IMG/VR virus record: IMGVR_UViG_3300010049_000002
Length of the DNA: 64,000 nucleotides
DNA from: a virus
Direction: 5' to 3' (one strand)
Of this stretch, positions 43,374-52,373 are shown piece by piece (position 1 is the stretch's first letter; each line of letters starts with the position of its first letter). Position numbers and translations under genes: made by a program. Under the pieces are notes generated by a model. It was not told the origin of the DNA. It did not search any database and was given only the letters and a program-made list of their open reading frames with translations.

Positions 43374-44780
43374 ATGGCTGAGATGGGTATAAAAGATAAT
43401 GATTCCGGATACTTAGACACGAAAGCGCGCATCATGGCGGCGATACGGGGCAAGGGCTACTCCCCCCCGGCTACCCAGCGAGAGCCCGACCCGCCCGCGG
43501 AAGCTATACCGGCCGACGAAGATAGCCCCGATAGCGAACCGGTCGAAGAGCCCACCGAGCAGGAGCTCCTGGAGGCGGCGGGAATCCCGAGCCACGTAGC
43601 GGCGGCGATAGCGGCCCCGGACGAGGGCGCGCCCGGCGAGCTACCGGAGGTGGGCGCGGATGCTAACGGGGCCCCGGGGGCTCCAAGCCGAGCGCTGGCC
43701 CTGCGCACCGATTTGCTCCCGCCCGGCGCAGGGGTGCTCTGCGCGCTTGAGGACGACCCGGGCCTCTACTGCATGCAGAGCTACCTGGCGTCGCGGGTTT
43801 CCGGCGACAGCAAACGAACGATGCTCCAATCCCTGCAAAGGGTCGCCCGGATGCTCAACACCACCCCGGACAAAATCGCCTGGCACAAGCTCCGGTTCCA
43901 GCACACCGATGCGATTCGAGCAAAGCTCCTCGACTGCGGCTACTCCCGCGCGACGGTGATGATGACGCTGGCCGGCCTGAAGGGGGTGCTTCGTCAAGCA
44001 AAGCGGCTCGGGCTCATGTCCGTCGAGGATTACGACCGGGCCACGGACTGGGACCCGGCGACGGGCGTTTCGCTCCCCCCCGGGCGCGAGCTCTTGGCCG
44101 TCGACATCCAGAGCATCCAAGCCTATCTCGGCCAGCTTGAGGGCACGGCGTACGGGGCGTATCTGGAGGCCGTCTTCGCGCTCTGCCTGGGCCTGGGATT
44201 GCGCGGCGACGAGGCTTCCAACGTGCTGACGGTCGGCCTGGACCTTGGGAAAGCAACGTTGAAGCTCCTGGGCAAGGGCCACAAGGAGGACGAGGTTCCG
44301 CTAGGGCCCGCGGAGAGCCGGGCGCTAAGCTCCTGGCTCGCCTGGCGCAAGTTCTTCGAACGTCGGCACCGCGTTCCCCACCTGCTTCTCAGGGTCCAGC
44401 CGAACGACACCGTGATGAAGAGCCGGCCCACCTGCGACCGAAAGCAGCTCGAGTACCTGTGCCGCCGCGTCGCCCGCGAGGCCGGGGTCAAGCACTTCTC
44501 GCCCCACGACTTGCGGCGGACCTTCTGCACCCGGGCCATCCGCGAGAGTGGGGGCGACCTCGCGACGGTCCAGCGGCTCATGCGCCACGCCGACATCGGT
44601 ACCACGAAACGCTATGACCGGCGAAGCGACGAGGAGCGCCACGCCGCCCGGCAGAAGTGGACCATCTGGCGGCCCCCGGAGCCGGTCGAGCCCGAGCCGC
44701 TTGAGGAGCCCGAGCCGCCGGAGAGCCCGCCGGAAACTCGCAAGCCCGGGTTCCGGTTGCTCCCCGGGGGCAAGACTTGA
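43374..44780 (+). CDS. int: tyrosine recombinase/integrase (468 aa)
   Basis: LGLRGDE (box I Arg), HDLRRTF, LMRHADIGTTKRY (His-x-x-Arg..Tyr) catalytic signature. Confidence 0.9.
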   Translation: MAEMGIKDNDSGYLDTKARIMAAIRGKGYSPPATQREPDPPAEAIPADEDSPDSEPVEEPTEQELLEAAGIPSHVAAAIAAPDEGAPGELPEVGADANGAPGAPSRALALRTDLLPPGAGVLCALEDDPGLYCMQSYLASRVSGDSKRTMLQSLQRVARMLNTTPDKIAWHKLRFQHTDAIRAKLLDCGYSRATVMMTLAGLKGVLRQAKRLGLMSVEDYDRATDWDPATGVSLPPGRELLAVDIQSIQAYLGQLEGTAYGAYLEAVFALCLGLGLRGDEASNVLTVGLDLGKATLKLLGKGHKEDEVPLGPAESRALSSWLAWRKFFERRHRVPHLLLRVQPNDTVMKSRPTCDRKQLEYLCRRVAREAGVKHFSPHDLRRTFCTRAIRESGGDLATVQRLMRHADIGTTKRYDRRSDEERHAARQKWTIWRPPEPVEPEPLEEPEPPESPPETRKPGFRLLPGGKT

Positions 44781-44823
44781 CCATTGGCTGGCCGACCGGC
44801 GGTCTCTGCTATGCTCGCCGGGC

Positions 44824-45516
44824 ATGCTCGGCAACTTCAGAACCCCCGGGGAGGTGAGGAAACTGGCCCTGGAGATGTCAGCCCTGCTCTTCGACCATTG
44901 CGGGGAAGGGCCGTTCGGTGACGAACAGGTCCTTGATAAGGCCCGCCAGCATCAGCTCTTCGGGGAGTTCCTGGAGCTAAGCGGGGGCCCGGGGCAGCTC
45001 CAGACCATCGCACAGTACCGCTGGGCGGAAAGCGGCTTCCCAGTCGTTTCCCTGGGCGAGAAGTTCGCGGCTGCCCTGCTCGTCACCAGCGCGAGCCTCG
45101 AGGCGGTCCAAGCTGTCATGCCGCCGTTCCCGGCCTTCTTCCTGGAGGTTCCAGTTGGCTTGATTCGATGCCGGGACCACGAGGGAAAGCCCGATGACGT
45201 CCTGGCCGCGTACGTCATGCGCTACCACCACCGCGGCCGGGGCCTCGACAACGCCTGGGCCTACTGCACCTGCTCGGCGAAGGGGACCGCGCTCTACCGA
45301 TTCGGCTGCACCTCGGAGGAGTTGCTTCCGCCGGAGCTGGTGGGGGACCTATCGATTGACGCCTTCGATGCCTTCGCGGGTGAGCTCACAGGGGTTGATG
45401 AACGGGCCATGGCAATGATGGGCCGGCTCATTGTGAACACCTGCCTGGCCTTCTCCGACCCGACGAACGTCAGGCCGCCCAAGGAGACCCGGGTTCGCCA
45501 TCGACTCTCCCTTTAG
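44824..45516 (+). CDS. hypothetical protein (230 aa)
   Basis: Trimmed to MLGNFRTPGE. Confidence 0.55.
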   Translation: MLGNFRTPGEVRKLALEMSALLFDHCGEGPFGDEQVLDKARQHQLFGEFLELSGGPGQLQTIAQYRWAESGFPVVSLGEKFAAALLVTSASLEAVQAVMPPFPAFFLEVPVGLIRCRDHEGKPDDVLAAYVMRYHHRGRGLDNAWAYCTCSAKGTALYRFGCTSEELLPPELVGDLSIDAFDAFAGELTGVDERAMAMMGRLIVNTCLAFSDPTNVRPPKETRVRHRLSL

Positions 45517-45553
45517 CGGGAGAAATGAGCCGACCCCCACCGCGCGGGTCTAC

Positions 45554-45775
45554 GTGCTGAGTCGCCCGGTGAAGCATGACTTCCGGGACCGGGTCCGGGA
45601 CTACGTGGAGGGCAAGAGCCACTCCGCCCCGAACGTGCAGGTGTTGGTCTCCGGCCACCACAAGATGCAGCCCCACGGGCCCGGCAACTCGCTCCGCAAG
45701 CTCATCTGGCGGGAGCCCTTCTGGCGCGGGCCGGAGGATGCGCCCATCGCCATCCGGCCCCACAAACTGGACTAG
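45554..45775 (+). CDS. hypothetical protein (73 aa)
   Basis: ORF track. Confidence 0.4.
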   Translation: MLSRPVKHDFRDRVRDYVEGKSHSAPNVQVLVSGHHKMQPHGPGNSLRKLIWREPFWRGPEDAPIAIRPHKLD

Positions 45776-45781
45776 GCCGCG

Positions 45782-46168
45782 CTAAACGCTGGAGCCGCCC
45801 CCGCCCGCGTCATTGGGATTGGGCGGAAGACACGAGCTGGTCTCCATGCTGTAGGTCCAGCCGGGGTCGCAGTACGGGATACAGGACGCGCTATCGACGT
45901 CGTAGACCTCGCCCTGGTCACAGGCCGGGGGAGCGCAGGAGCTCGTCGAGGGGTCGAACGTCCAGCCCGAGTCGCAGTTCTGGGTCCCCGTAGCCGGGGG
46001 CCGGTTCGGGGGATTCTGCTTGGCCGGGACGGACCCGGGCGGGCCGCCTCCTCCCCCGGTCTTCTGCATGCCTGTATAGATGAGATACCCCACCACTCCA
46101 GCCGCAACGAGGCCCCCCGCGATGAGAAGCCCGTTGGGGTTCTCTTTGGCTTTCCTGGAGCGACTCAT
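45782..46168 (-). CDS. KENP-TM anchored Cys-rich protein (128 aa)
   Basis: MSRSRKAKENPNGLLIAGGLVAAGVVGYLIY then Cys-rich ectodomain. Confidence 0.6.
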   Translation of the reverse strand: MSRSRKAKENPNGLLIAGGLVAAGVVGYLIYTGMQKTGGGGGPPGSVPAKQNPPNRPPATGTQNCDSGWTFDPSTSSCAPPACDQGEVYDVDSASCIPYCDPGWTYSMETSSCLPPNPNDAGGGGSSV

Positions 46169-46170
46169 GC

Positions 46171-46443
46171 TCAGACCGCGACAATCTTGGGGTCGGGCTG
46201 GTCGGCAAGGTCCCCCAAGCCCACCTCGACGTCGGCCAGGGCCACAATCGCGTCGGCGACCTGCTCCGGGGCCATGTCGAGCTCCTCGGCATCCAGGGTG
46301 AACAGGCGAAATTGCTGCGAGCCCTGAACCGGAGCCAGAGCGACCGACAGCCGGCCCTCGCCCAGGATGAGCGCGTGGTGCTGGCCCTCGAGCGGCGGGA
46401 GTCTCTCAGAGAGCAATTCCAGGAGCCGGAGGGCGCTACGCAT
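46171..46443 (-). CDS. hypothetical protein (90 aa)
   Basis: Trimmed to MRSALRLLEL. Confidence 0.45.
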   Translation of the reverse strand: MRSALRLLELLSERLPPLEGQHHALILGEGRLSVALAPVQGSQQFRLFTLDAEELDMAPEQVADAIVALADVEVGLGDLADQPDPKIVAV

Positions 46444-46448
46444 CGCGC

Positions 46449-46679
46449 TTAGGGCCGGTGGGTCCGGCTCCGGCTGGGAGGGATTCCCGGGGGAGGCTTG
46501 GCGGCTCCAGGCCCCCTCGCATAGGCGGCATTCCTGGCCGCGGTCTTGTCCCGCCACTCGCCGCAATTGCGGCATCGGCCATCCGGCCGTGCCCGGTCCC
46601 TTGGGGTGACCCCGCAATGATTGCACTTGGGCACCTGGGGAGTGGGCCTACCTCGGAATCGATGGGAATCCGCCGCCAT
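46449..46679 (-). CDS. possible CxxC..CxxC small protein (76 aa)
   Basis: CNHC..CRNC; overlaps upstream gene by 32 nt. Confidence 0.35.
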   Translation of the reverse strand: MAADSHRFRGRPTPQVPKCNHCGVTPRDRARPDGRCRNCGEWRDKTAARNAAYARGPGAAKPPPGIPPSRSRTHRP

Positions 46680-46848
46680 CTTCTTCTTCCTCTTCCAGCT
46701 TCTTGGCCTTGGCAGCCGCTTGGTGCTCGTCGTGAACCCGCTTCCAGCTCTCGATGGCTTGCTGGGTGAGCTTGTAGATGAGCCGGACCGTCACCTCGAC
46801 GCCGAACTTGGAGAGAAACTCCAAGAGGGGCTTGGCAATGTCAATCAT
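46648..46848 (-). CDS. hypothetical protein (66 aa)
   Basis: ORF track. Confidence 0.45.
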   Translation of the reverse strand: MIDIAKPLLEFLSKFGVEVTVRLIYKLTQQAIESWKRVHDEHQAAAKAKKLEEEEEDGGGFPSIPR

Positions 46849-47026
46849 CTTCTCCGGCCCGGCCCCGAGCGATGCTCCCAGCCCGCTTGGCGCCCTTCTT
46901 GACCCGTCGGTCGGCCTCTTCAGTCAGCTTGCCGACTTCCTCGAGGGCCCTTTCCACCCCCGCGGCCAGGACCTTCCCGCCGACGGATTTTAGCTCCTCC
47001 GCCATGGCCCTCATGAAGGGGTTCAT
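46841..47026 (-). CDS. hypothetical protein (61 aa)
   Basis: Trimmed to MNPFMRAMAEEL; ATGA coupling. Confidence 0.4.
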   Translation of the reverse strand: MNPFMRAMAEELKSVGGKVLAAGVERALEEVGKLTEEADRRVKKGAKRAGSIARGRAGEDD

Positions 47027-47220
47027 GCAAACCGGGCCTTCTCCTCGGAGAGGCTCAAAACCCTCAAGGGGTTTCCCTGGAGCCAGGCCAAGTCCTGCTC
47101 TGCGAGGGGACGCCTCCAGCCGAGGGGGGAGACAGCCTGGAGCAGAGCAAATTGCCGGCCTCGAGCGACGCCGATGTTGGCCCGTCCTCCCCACCGTCGG
47201 AGCCGGCTGGTCCACCTCAT
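47023..47220 (-). CDS. hypothetical basic protein (65 aa)
   Basis: ATGA coupling at both ends (GroES stop 47217; next start 47026). Confidence 0.4.
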   Translation of the reverse strand: MRWTSRLRRWGGRANIGVARGRQFALLQAVSPLGWRRPLAEQDLAWLQGNPLRVLSLSEEKARFA

Positions 47221-47540
47221 GGCTCTTCGACAATCTGAGCCAGGATGGCTTCATCCCGGGCCATGAGGAGCTCTTCGCCGTTCAATTCCACCACCGGGAA
47301 GGGGTTCCGGGCATTGAACACCACCCTATCCCCGGGGCGTATGTCCGGCATCGGCCACCGGGTCCCGTCTTTCAGGCGCATCCCCCGACCCATCGCAATG
47401 ACGGTCCCAAAGGAAGAAGGCTTGCGGTAGGCCGGGGGGATGACCAGTCCCCCCCGGGAGAACGCTGAAGGTTCGTCCGGCCGAATGAGTATCCGGTTCT
47501 GGAGAAGCCCCAGGCGCTCAGGGTCGAAGGTGGCGGTCAT
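47217..47540 (-). CDS. groES: GroES/Cpn10-like co-chaperonin (107 aa)
   Basis: NRILIRPDE..SRGGLVIP..FGTVIAMGRG..IRPGDRVVF..GEELLMARDEAILAQI aligns by eye with GroES. Confidence 0.8.
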   Translation of the reverse strand: MTATFDPERLGLLQNRILIRPDEPSAFSRGGLVIPPAYRKPSSFGTVIAMGRGMRLKDGTRWPMPDIRPGDRVVFNARNPFPVVELNGEELLMARDEAILAQIVEEP

Positions 47541-47776
47541 GCGGCGGAGTCCTCTTTGCGATTGCGACTCCGGGCCTGGCCACCCTTGCGGCCAATCTCG
47601 GCCATATGGGCCCTGTCCGAAGCTACCTTCTCGCCGCCCTTCCTGCCCGCCGCCGCGGCCTCGCGTGTGGTGAACTCGTGGGCCTTGCCAGCGGCGTGGG
47701 CCGCAATCCCGCCCTTGCGGGCAATCTCGGCCTGCTTGGCGGGGTCCATCGACGCGAAGCCGCGGGGTTTGCTCAT
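47537..47776 (-). CDS. KGG-repeat general stress protein (YciG-like) (79 aa)
   Basis: GFASMDPAKQAEIARKGG..GRKGGEK..IGRKGGQA. Confidence 0.75.
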   Translation of the reverse strand: MSKPRGFASMDPAKQAEIARKGGIAAHAAGKAHEFTTREAAAAGRKGGEKVASDRAHMAEIGRKGGQARSRNRKEDSAA

Positions 47777-47785
47777 GGCAGCGCC

Positions 47786-48781
47786 TTAGTCTCGGTTCCG
47801 GTCCCGGCCGCCGCGGTCGCCGCGGTCACCCCGGTCGCCGCGGTCGTCGCCCCGGCGGTCATCATCATCGCGCTCCCTGTCGTCGTCATCGCGCTCGCGG
47901 TCCCGGTCGTCATCGTCCCGGTCTCGCCGGTCGTCGTCGTCGTCCTCGCGCTCACGTTCTCCGCGCTCACGCTCACGTCGGCGCCCAAACCGGTCATGGT
48001 CCAGGCTCTCCCTCCAGGTGTGGTCGCCCTGGTGGACTTCGACCATCTTCTTGCCATCGCGTTCAAAGAGACGAACTCGGCCCTTGCCCCGGACGTGATG
48101 CCGGCGGCACATGTCGGCCGCCTGGCGAGCCGCGCACTCGTGGTCCTCGCGCTCGAACATGCTGCGCTCCTTCTCTTTCTCGTGGAACTTGCTCTCGTCT
48201 TCCTCGTCCTCGTCGCGCGAGCTCTTCTTGGCCTTGTGCTCGTCCTCGTCGTACTTGCGACGGTTCTCGTCCTCCTCGCGCTCCTTGTATTTGCGCTCGG
48301 CGTGGCCCTTCTGCTCGTCCTCTTCGTGCTCGCCTTCCTCGCGGTCGTACTCGACGCGCTTGTACTCGACGACGTGCTCGCGCTCGTGGTGCTTCTTCTC
48401 GTGCTCCCGCTCCCCGCTGCGCTCACGCTCGGCAGACTCGCGCTCATGGCGCTCATGCTCCTTGGAGGCGGACTCCTTTTCCTTGCGGCCGTACTCGGAG
48501 CGGGCGGATTCCTTCTCCTTGCGCTCGCGCTCCCGGGAGCGGTCCTCGTCCTCGGCGCGGGAACGCTTCTCTTCGCGCTCATGTCGGCCCTCGGAACGCT
48601 CGCCCCGCTCGCGCTTCTCGAAGTCGTCATCACGACTCTTGTCGCGGCCCTCGAAGCGGTCCTCCCGGCCTTCGCGACCTTCGCGCTCCTTCTTGCGCCA
48701 GCCCTCGTCGGAGCGACGCCGGAGGTGGTTTTCCAGGTCCTCGCGACCCAGGTCATCGATTTCAAAATTGATTCCAGCCAT
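47786..48781 (-). CDS. extreme mixed-charge (E/R/D/K/H) low-complexity protein (331 aa)
   Basis: MAGINFEIDDLGRED.. then ERER/EKE/DDDRRDR tracts; short Cys/His-containing non-repeat island; AAGGA SD; frame choice not certain. Confidence 0.55.
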   Translation of the reverse strand: MAGINFEIDDLGREDLENHLRRRSDEGWRKKEREGREGREDRFEGRDKSRDDDFEKRERGERSEGRHEREEKRSRAEDEDRSRERERKEKESARSEYGRKEKESASKEHERHERESAERERSGEREHEKKHHEREHVVEYKRVEYDREEGEHEEDEQKGHAERKYKEREEDENRRKYDEDEHKAKKSSRDEDEEDESKFHEKEKERSMFEREDHECAARQAADMCRRHHVRGKGRVRLFERDGKKMVEVHQGDHTWRESLDHDRFGRRRERERGEREREDDDDDRRDRDDDDRDRERDDDDRERDDDDRRGDDRGDRGDRGDRGGRDRNRD

Positions 48782-48820
48782 CTTCGTCATCCTTTCAAAG
48801 AGTCGTTGGAGGGGCCCCAA

Positions 48821-49954
48821 TCACCAGTTTTCCCAGCCCTCGTCATCCCAATCCCGCCCCCGCCGGCGGTCATCCCAGTCGCGCCCTCGGCGGCGGTCGT
48901 CCCAGTCGCGCCTTCGGCAGTCGTCCCAGTCCCGGTAGACGACGCGCGGGTAGTAGCGGCCGACCGGGTCGTGGGCGTGGTGCCAGTCGTTCTCGCGCTG
49001 CTGCGCGTAGAAGTTCCCGGCTCGGGGCGAGCAGTAGGCCATCGGACCGTAGCCCCTTCCGGGGCCATAACCGTAGCCATAGCCCCCCCGGCCGTAGCCG
49101 CCGGTATAGTAGTTGGCGCGCCCGTACCCGTAGCCCATGTAGCCGTCCCGATACGGGTAACGTCCCATGGCATATCGGTCCCCATAGAGATAGGGGTGTC
49201 GGGCCCCGTACGCGTAGGGCATGGGATAGTAGCGCCCGTCCCAATACGGGGCCGGGTAGGGGTAGTAGTAATCGCCCCGGCGGCGGTCGTCCCAGTCGTG
49301 CCGGCGGCGCTCATCCCAGTCCCCCCGGCGCCAGCCTCGGCGGCGGTCATCATCATCCCGTCGGTCGTCATCATCTCGCCGGCGGTCGTCGTCGTCTCGT
49401 CGTTCCCGGCGGCCTTCCCAGCGCTCATCGAAGTCGACGTGGTGCCGCTCCCGCCGCTCGCCCCGGTCGTCATCCCGGTCTCGGCGGCGGTCATCATCGT
49501 CTCGCCGGTCGTCCCAGTCTCGCCTGTCGTCTCGGTCTCGGTATGCCATCTGCATTTCCTCCCAATCGGGTTCTTGTGCTTCTCGAGCCCGGCGCTCCAG
49601 GCGCTCCCGGTCGCCGTAGGTAAAAATAGCGCGCCCGTAACCCGTGTCATCCCCCCACCAGCTCGCCCGTGTGGGTGCCAGGGACATTGGGTAGGATGAG
49701 GGGACCACCGGGGGGTTGGCCTCGCTGGAGACTCGGCCCGGGGTCACAATCATCTGCTGCGGACGGGGGTTGGCCGGGGTCGGTCTTTGCACCCCCTGAG
49801 CGCCCGCGGGGAATTGCCGTTGCGCCACCCGCCAGTTGGTGGTGATGCCAGCTCGTATCGTCGGGGAAAACCCGCGATACCACCGGGGGTTTGGAACCCG
49901 GAATGGCATCGGGCCCGCGGGGTTTCGTGTCGGGTCACCGGGGCGGCTGGGCAT
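48821..49954 (-). CDS. RD-repeat plus Tyr/Gly-rich low-complexity protein (377 aa)
   Basis: AAGGAG SD before ATG 49954; RDWDDRRR repeats, GYGYGRANYYTGGYGRGGYGYGYGPGRGYGP segment; alternative starts 50005 and 49549. Confidence 0.55.
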   Translation of the reverse strand: MPSRPGDPTRNPAGPMPFRVPNPRWYRGFSPTIRAGITTNWRVAQRQFPAGAQGVQRPTPANPRPQQMIVTPGRVSSEANPPVVPSSYPMSLAPTRASWWGDDTGYGRAIFTYGDRERLERRAREAQEPDWEEMQMAYRDRDDRRDWDDRRDDDDRRRDRDDDRGERRERHHVDFDERWEGRRERRDDDDRRRDDDDRRDDDDRRRGWRRGDWDERRRHDWDDRRRGDYYYPYPAPYWDGRYYPMPYAYGARHPYLYGDRYAMGRYPYRDGYMGYGYGRANYYTGGYGRGGYGYGYGPGRGYGPMAYCSPRAGNFYAQQRENDWHHAHDPVGRYYPRVVYRDWDDCRRRDWDDRRRGRDWDDRRRGRDWDDEGWENW

Positions 49955-50012
49955 TCTCGGCTCCTTGGCTTCTCGGGCAACTTCTCGGTGCCAGGTCAGT
50001 GACACCCTCCAG

Positions 50013-50651
50013 TCAAGTCTTGTGAATCATCGTCCAGGCGAGCAGGCCGCCGCCGACGAGGACCGCTCCGCCGATAATCCACGGGGTCCAGTCGGTGGGC
50101 TTGGCGGCCGGGGGATTCGTTCCGGTGGTGCTTGCCGGGGTGGTGGTGCTGGTCCCGCCCCCGCTGGTGGTCCCGCCCTGCTGGTTGGTCGAACCGCCAC
50201 CGCCCCCGGAGGCCTGCCCGACGCACCCCGGGGGAGCGGTGTTGGAGAAGGTCCCGGCCGGAGAGTCGGAGATGACCTGGTCGAGCGCGCTCATGGTGTT
50301 GGTCCCATAGAGGTCGTCGACCGCAATTGCAGGCGAGTATTCGGCGTTGTAGGCGGTCTGGAAGGCGGAGACGACGCCTCCTCCCGCAGGACACCCACCG
50401 TTGTTGTATTGGTTGAAGACGGCCTGCGCGGCGCTGATAAGGCTGCCCGAGGGCTGGCCGAACCCGAAGGCGACGTACCTCATGGGGCGCATCGTCACCC
50501 GCTCGCGGGCATACCAGGTTCCCTCATGGAGCAATGGCTGGGTGGCCCCCAGGCCCGGCGGAGCGAAGGGTGAAAGGAACCATCCACCGGCAGGGCCAAC
50601 CCTCGGGCGGACCAGGCTCATAATCTTGGGGGCGCTATTGGGGGGAATCAT
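50013..50651 (-). CDS. PG-binding-like protein with C-terminal TM anchor (212 aa)
   Basis: VSAFQTAYNAEYSPAIAVDDLYGTNTMSALDQV resembles the PG_binding_1 pattern; C-terminal WIIGGAVLVGGGLLAW. Confidence 0.5.
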   Translation of the reverse strand: MIPPNSAPKIMSLVRPRVGPAGGWFLSPFAPPGLGATQPLLHEGTWYARERVTMRPMRYVAFGFGQPSGSLISAAQAVFNQYNNGGCPAGGGVVSAFQTAYNAEYSPAIAVDDLYGTNTMSALDQVISDSPAGTFSNTAPPGCVGQASGGGGGSTNQQGGTTSGGGTSTTTPASTTGTNPPAAKPTDWTPWIIGGAVLVGGGLLAWTMIHKT

Positions 50652-51544
50652 TGGGGCCTCTCTATGCCGGTTCCAACCTCGAGAATCAGAGCGCCACCCA
50701 CCCGCCAGTAGATAGGCCGCTGGGCCGGCTCGACGTCGAAGAGGTGGTTCGCGATGAACTTCTCCTCCTGGGGGAGGCCATCGAACGGCGGGCTGGCGAC
50801 GTCGTACTGGCCGGCGGATTGATGCACGCTGGCGAAGAAGGCAATCGTTGATGGGCCATCCACTCGCATGTTGAGACTGCTCCAGGCCTGCGCCGCTCGC
50901 CAGGGGGCCCTTTGGTCATAAAAAGTGGGTTGATGCCCGGATTGGATGGACGTGCCGTAGGGCCGTCCAAGAGTCGGGGGAACGTATCGGGTGAGCTGGG
51001 TATAGATGCGATTCCCATCCGGGATGTCGTAATCCTCATAGAGCAGACATGGCCCATCCGCCCAAACTTCCTTGAAGGAGGGGAGGTCTCTATTGAGGGT
51101 CGGCGGGTCCCTCTGGATGGAGCCATCAGGAGGGATATTCCCATCCCCTCTGACGTTGGCGAAGCTTGGGGGTGGTCTAGCCACCCGCCGATTTGGAACC
51201 CGGGGGATGCCCTGCGCGTTCGGCCCCCCCAGCTGCCGGAGGTGCCAGGAGATGTTCCCATCAGGGAGTCTCCAGTTCGGGCTGGCGATTTCCAGCTCAT
51301 AGAACCGCCCAAGGCCAGGGGACCACCCGATGGAGCTGAACTGCCGGTAGCCTCGGATGATAGACGTCTCGCCCTCCCCCAGGGAAAAGGAGGCCAGAAG
51401 AAACAAATATCGGTGGTTCGCGTCGGGGGTCGGGAGCGTGGGGACCCGCAATCCGAAGCTAGACCATTCCCTGAAGCCAGAACTCCCAATGCCCTGGATG
51501 TATTCGTCGTAGCCTGCCGATGATATCTCGATAAGTTGGGCCAC
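50648..51544 (-). CDS. virion-module hypothetical protein (298 aa)
   Basis: ORF track; coupled to neighbours. Confidence 0.6.
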   Translation of the reverse strand: MAQLIEISSAGYDEYIQGIGSSGFREWSSFGLRVPTLPTPDANHRYLFLLASFSLGEGETSIIRGYRQFSSIGWSPGLGRFYELEIASPNWRLPDGNISWHLRQLGGPNAQGIPRVPNRRVARPPPSFANVRGDGNIPPDGSIQRDPPTLNRDLPSFKEVWADGPCLLYEDYDIPDGNRIYTQLTRYVPPTLGRPYGTSIQSGHQPTFYDQRAPWRAAQAWSSLNMRVDGPSTIAFFASVHQSAGQYDVASPPFDGLPQEEKFIANHLFDVEPAQRPIYWRVGGALILEVGTGIERPQ

Positions 51545-51556
51545 ATCATCGCTCCA

Positions 51557-52357
51557 TCAGTTGATGGCAATCATGCGGTCCACGTAACTTTGAGCTAATT
51601 CTATGCCAAACTCTGTTTGGAGCGCGCTAATGGCTTCCCGGGTCGTCATCACGACGAAGGATTGAGTCACCGGCTGCCAGGTCCGGAAGGTCACAATCAC
51701 CTCAATCGGCGCGTAGGGCAGGGCAATCCTGGCCTGGAAGTCCATCTTCAGCTGCTGCTGGTAGGTGAGTATCCACCCGCCTGGCCACCGGCAGCATCCG
51801 TTTATTACGTCCGCTATGTTGGCCAAGGGGGTGAATTTGACCACCGGGGAATATCGAGGTGCTCCCGTGACGCTCAAAGTTGCCTCAATCCCGCTGGTGA
51901 AGCCGAAGAAGAAATCACTCAGGCTCTGGAAGACGTTCTGGTTGGCGGTCAGGCTCAGGTTCTGGACCCGGGCCACCATGGAGTCGACGATGAGGTCCTG
52001 GGTTATCTTCTCGTCGGACCCCACATCGGGGACGATGGCAGTAGTTGTGTCTGGGAAGACCGCCCGGACGTTGATGGTCTGCGGGGCCAGCGGGATGCCC
52101 CGGGCTTTGCAGAGGGCCAACCTTGGGGACCCGCCCGCCAGCATCGTATAGACGCCCGCGGAGAGCGGGCCTAACCCGTCTCCATCGCCGCTGGTCGTCA
52201 TGTCCCCGCAACAGCCCAACCCGAACATCTTGGGGGAGGGCTTCCCGGGAGCCCCCAGCCCCGGTCCCTTCTGCACGATAGAGGGGAGCACCGCGAGCAG
52301 CCGTTCGAACTGCTCCGGGGTGAAGCTCGCGCCGAAGGGGCCGGGGGGGTGATTCAT
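51557..52357 (-). CDS. virion-module hypothetical protein (266 aa)
   Basis: ORF track. Confidence 0.6.
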   Translation of the reverse strand: MNHPPGPFGASFTPEQFERLLAVLPSIVQKGPGLGAPGKPSPKMFGLGCCGDMTTSGDGDGLGPLSAGVYTMLAGGSPRLALCKARGIPLAPQTINVRAVFPDTTTAIVPDVGSDEKITQDLIVDSMVARVQNLSLTANQNVFQSLSDFFFGFTSGIEATLSVTGAPRYSPVVKFTPLANIADVINGCCRWPGGWILTYQQQLKMDFQARIALPYAPIEVIVTFRTWQPVTQSFVVMTTREAISALQTEFGIELAQSYVDRMIAIN

Positions 52358-52373
52358 CGGGGTCGCTCAGAGC

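Noticed and set aside
47606-49699. 697-aa plus-strand ORF (Ala/Val/Pro/Leu-rich)
   Set aside because: It is an antisense shadow of the low-complexity RD/RE genes. The repetitive GC-rich codons leave all frames open. It has no SD and no operon context, and all neighbours are on the minus strand.
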